Assembly: GCF_963921235.1 (NCBI RefSeq)
Contig: NC_086102.1
Coordinates: 28,644,001-28,708,000, forward strand
Length of the DNA stretch: 64,000 nucleotides
Direction of reading: 5' to 3'
DNA from: Mobula hypostoma
Lineage: Eukaryota
Below, in pieces: positions 63,440 through 64,000 of this stretch. Below the pieces are notes generated by a model that did no database searches, was not told where the DNA came from, and saw nothing but the letters and a program-made list of their open reading frames with translations. Every line of letters starts with the position of its first letter. Position 1 is the stretch's first letter. The translations under genes were made by a program, and so were the position numbers.

Positions 63440-64000
63440 GTAAGTAACAGACTGAGCAGTGATGTTTTGAAAAGAACTATGCAAAGGAAGAAATTAAATT
63501 GGCAAGAAATACCACACAGCCTCTGTTGTTGTAGCAACAGAATATGCTGTGTTAGATGGATCATGGAACCTAGTGGACACGATTTGATCTTTGGTCTATG
63601 CTGATATCAGAATGGGGTTAGCTTCAGTTTCTTGGGGTTCTTGAAGGGGAAATAAATAAGTATTTTGTCTTGATTGGGTGCATTGTGGTCCTCAACCCTA
63701 CTCACCCTGAAAGTATAAATGGTTGGATGTTCGATCAATAATGTTGGCCTCCACCTTGTCAAGGCTGGATTGTAAAATCTATATTTATATGATCTAGGAC
63801 AGCCAAAAGTACCTTACAACCAATGTGTTTACTCCTGTGATAAACACAGCAGCCTATGTTTGCGCGATATTTAGACCATAAGATATAGGAGCAGAATTAG
63901 GCCATTCAGCCCATCAATCATGGCTCATATATGAACTCTCTCAACCCCATTTTCTTCCCTTCTATCACCCTTACTATCAACCTTCTGCTTCAAATATGTC

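Overview
Vertebrate genomic DNA, most likely from a cartilaginous fish (ray/skate; inferred from HE1/V-type SINEs and the CR1, Rex1 and Penelope repeat content). One host gene is supported: HUNK (AMPK/SNF1-related kinase), + strand. Coding exons 1-7 lie between 18718 and 63439 (386 codons, all GT-AG, phases consistent) and the gene runs past the window end. Most of the rest is nested mobile DNA: CR1 LINEs, Rex1/Babar LINE fragments, V-type and CORE-type tRNA SINEs, Tc1 and hAT DNA transposons, and Penelope-like element (PLE) termini. The main structure invisible to the ORF track is a family of minimal type-I hammerhead ribozyme motifs in the PLE termini. One PLE copy is truncated exactly at the predicted self-cleavage site. 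Copies inside HUNK introns are intact only when antisense, and one pair forms a ~225-bp inverted repeat in intron 4. HUNK exon 6 also carries a perfect in-frame 15-bp tandem duplication. Repeat family names and human HUNK comparisons come from recalled motifs, not database searches, and repeat boundaries are approximate unless a TIR or TSD is quoted.
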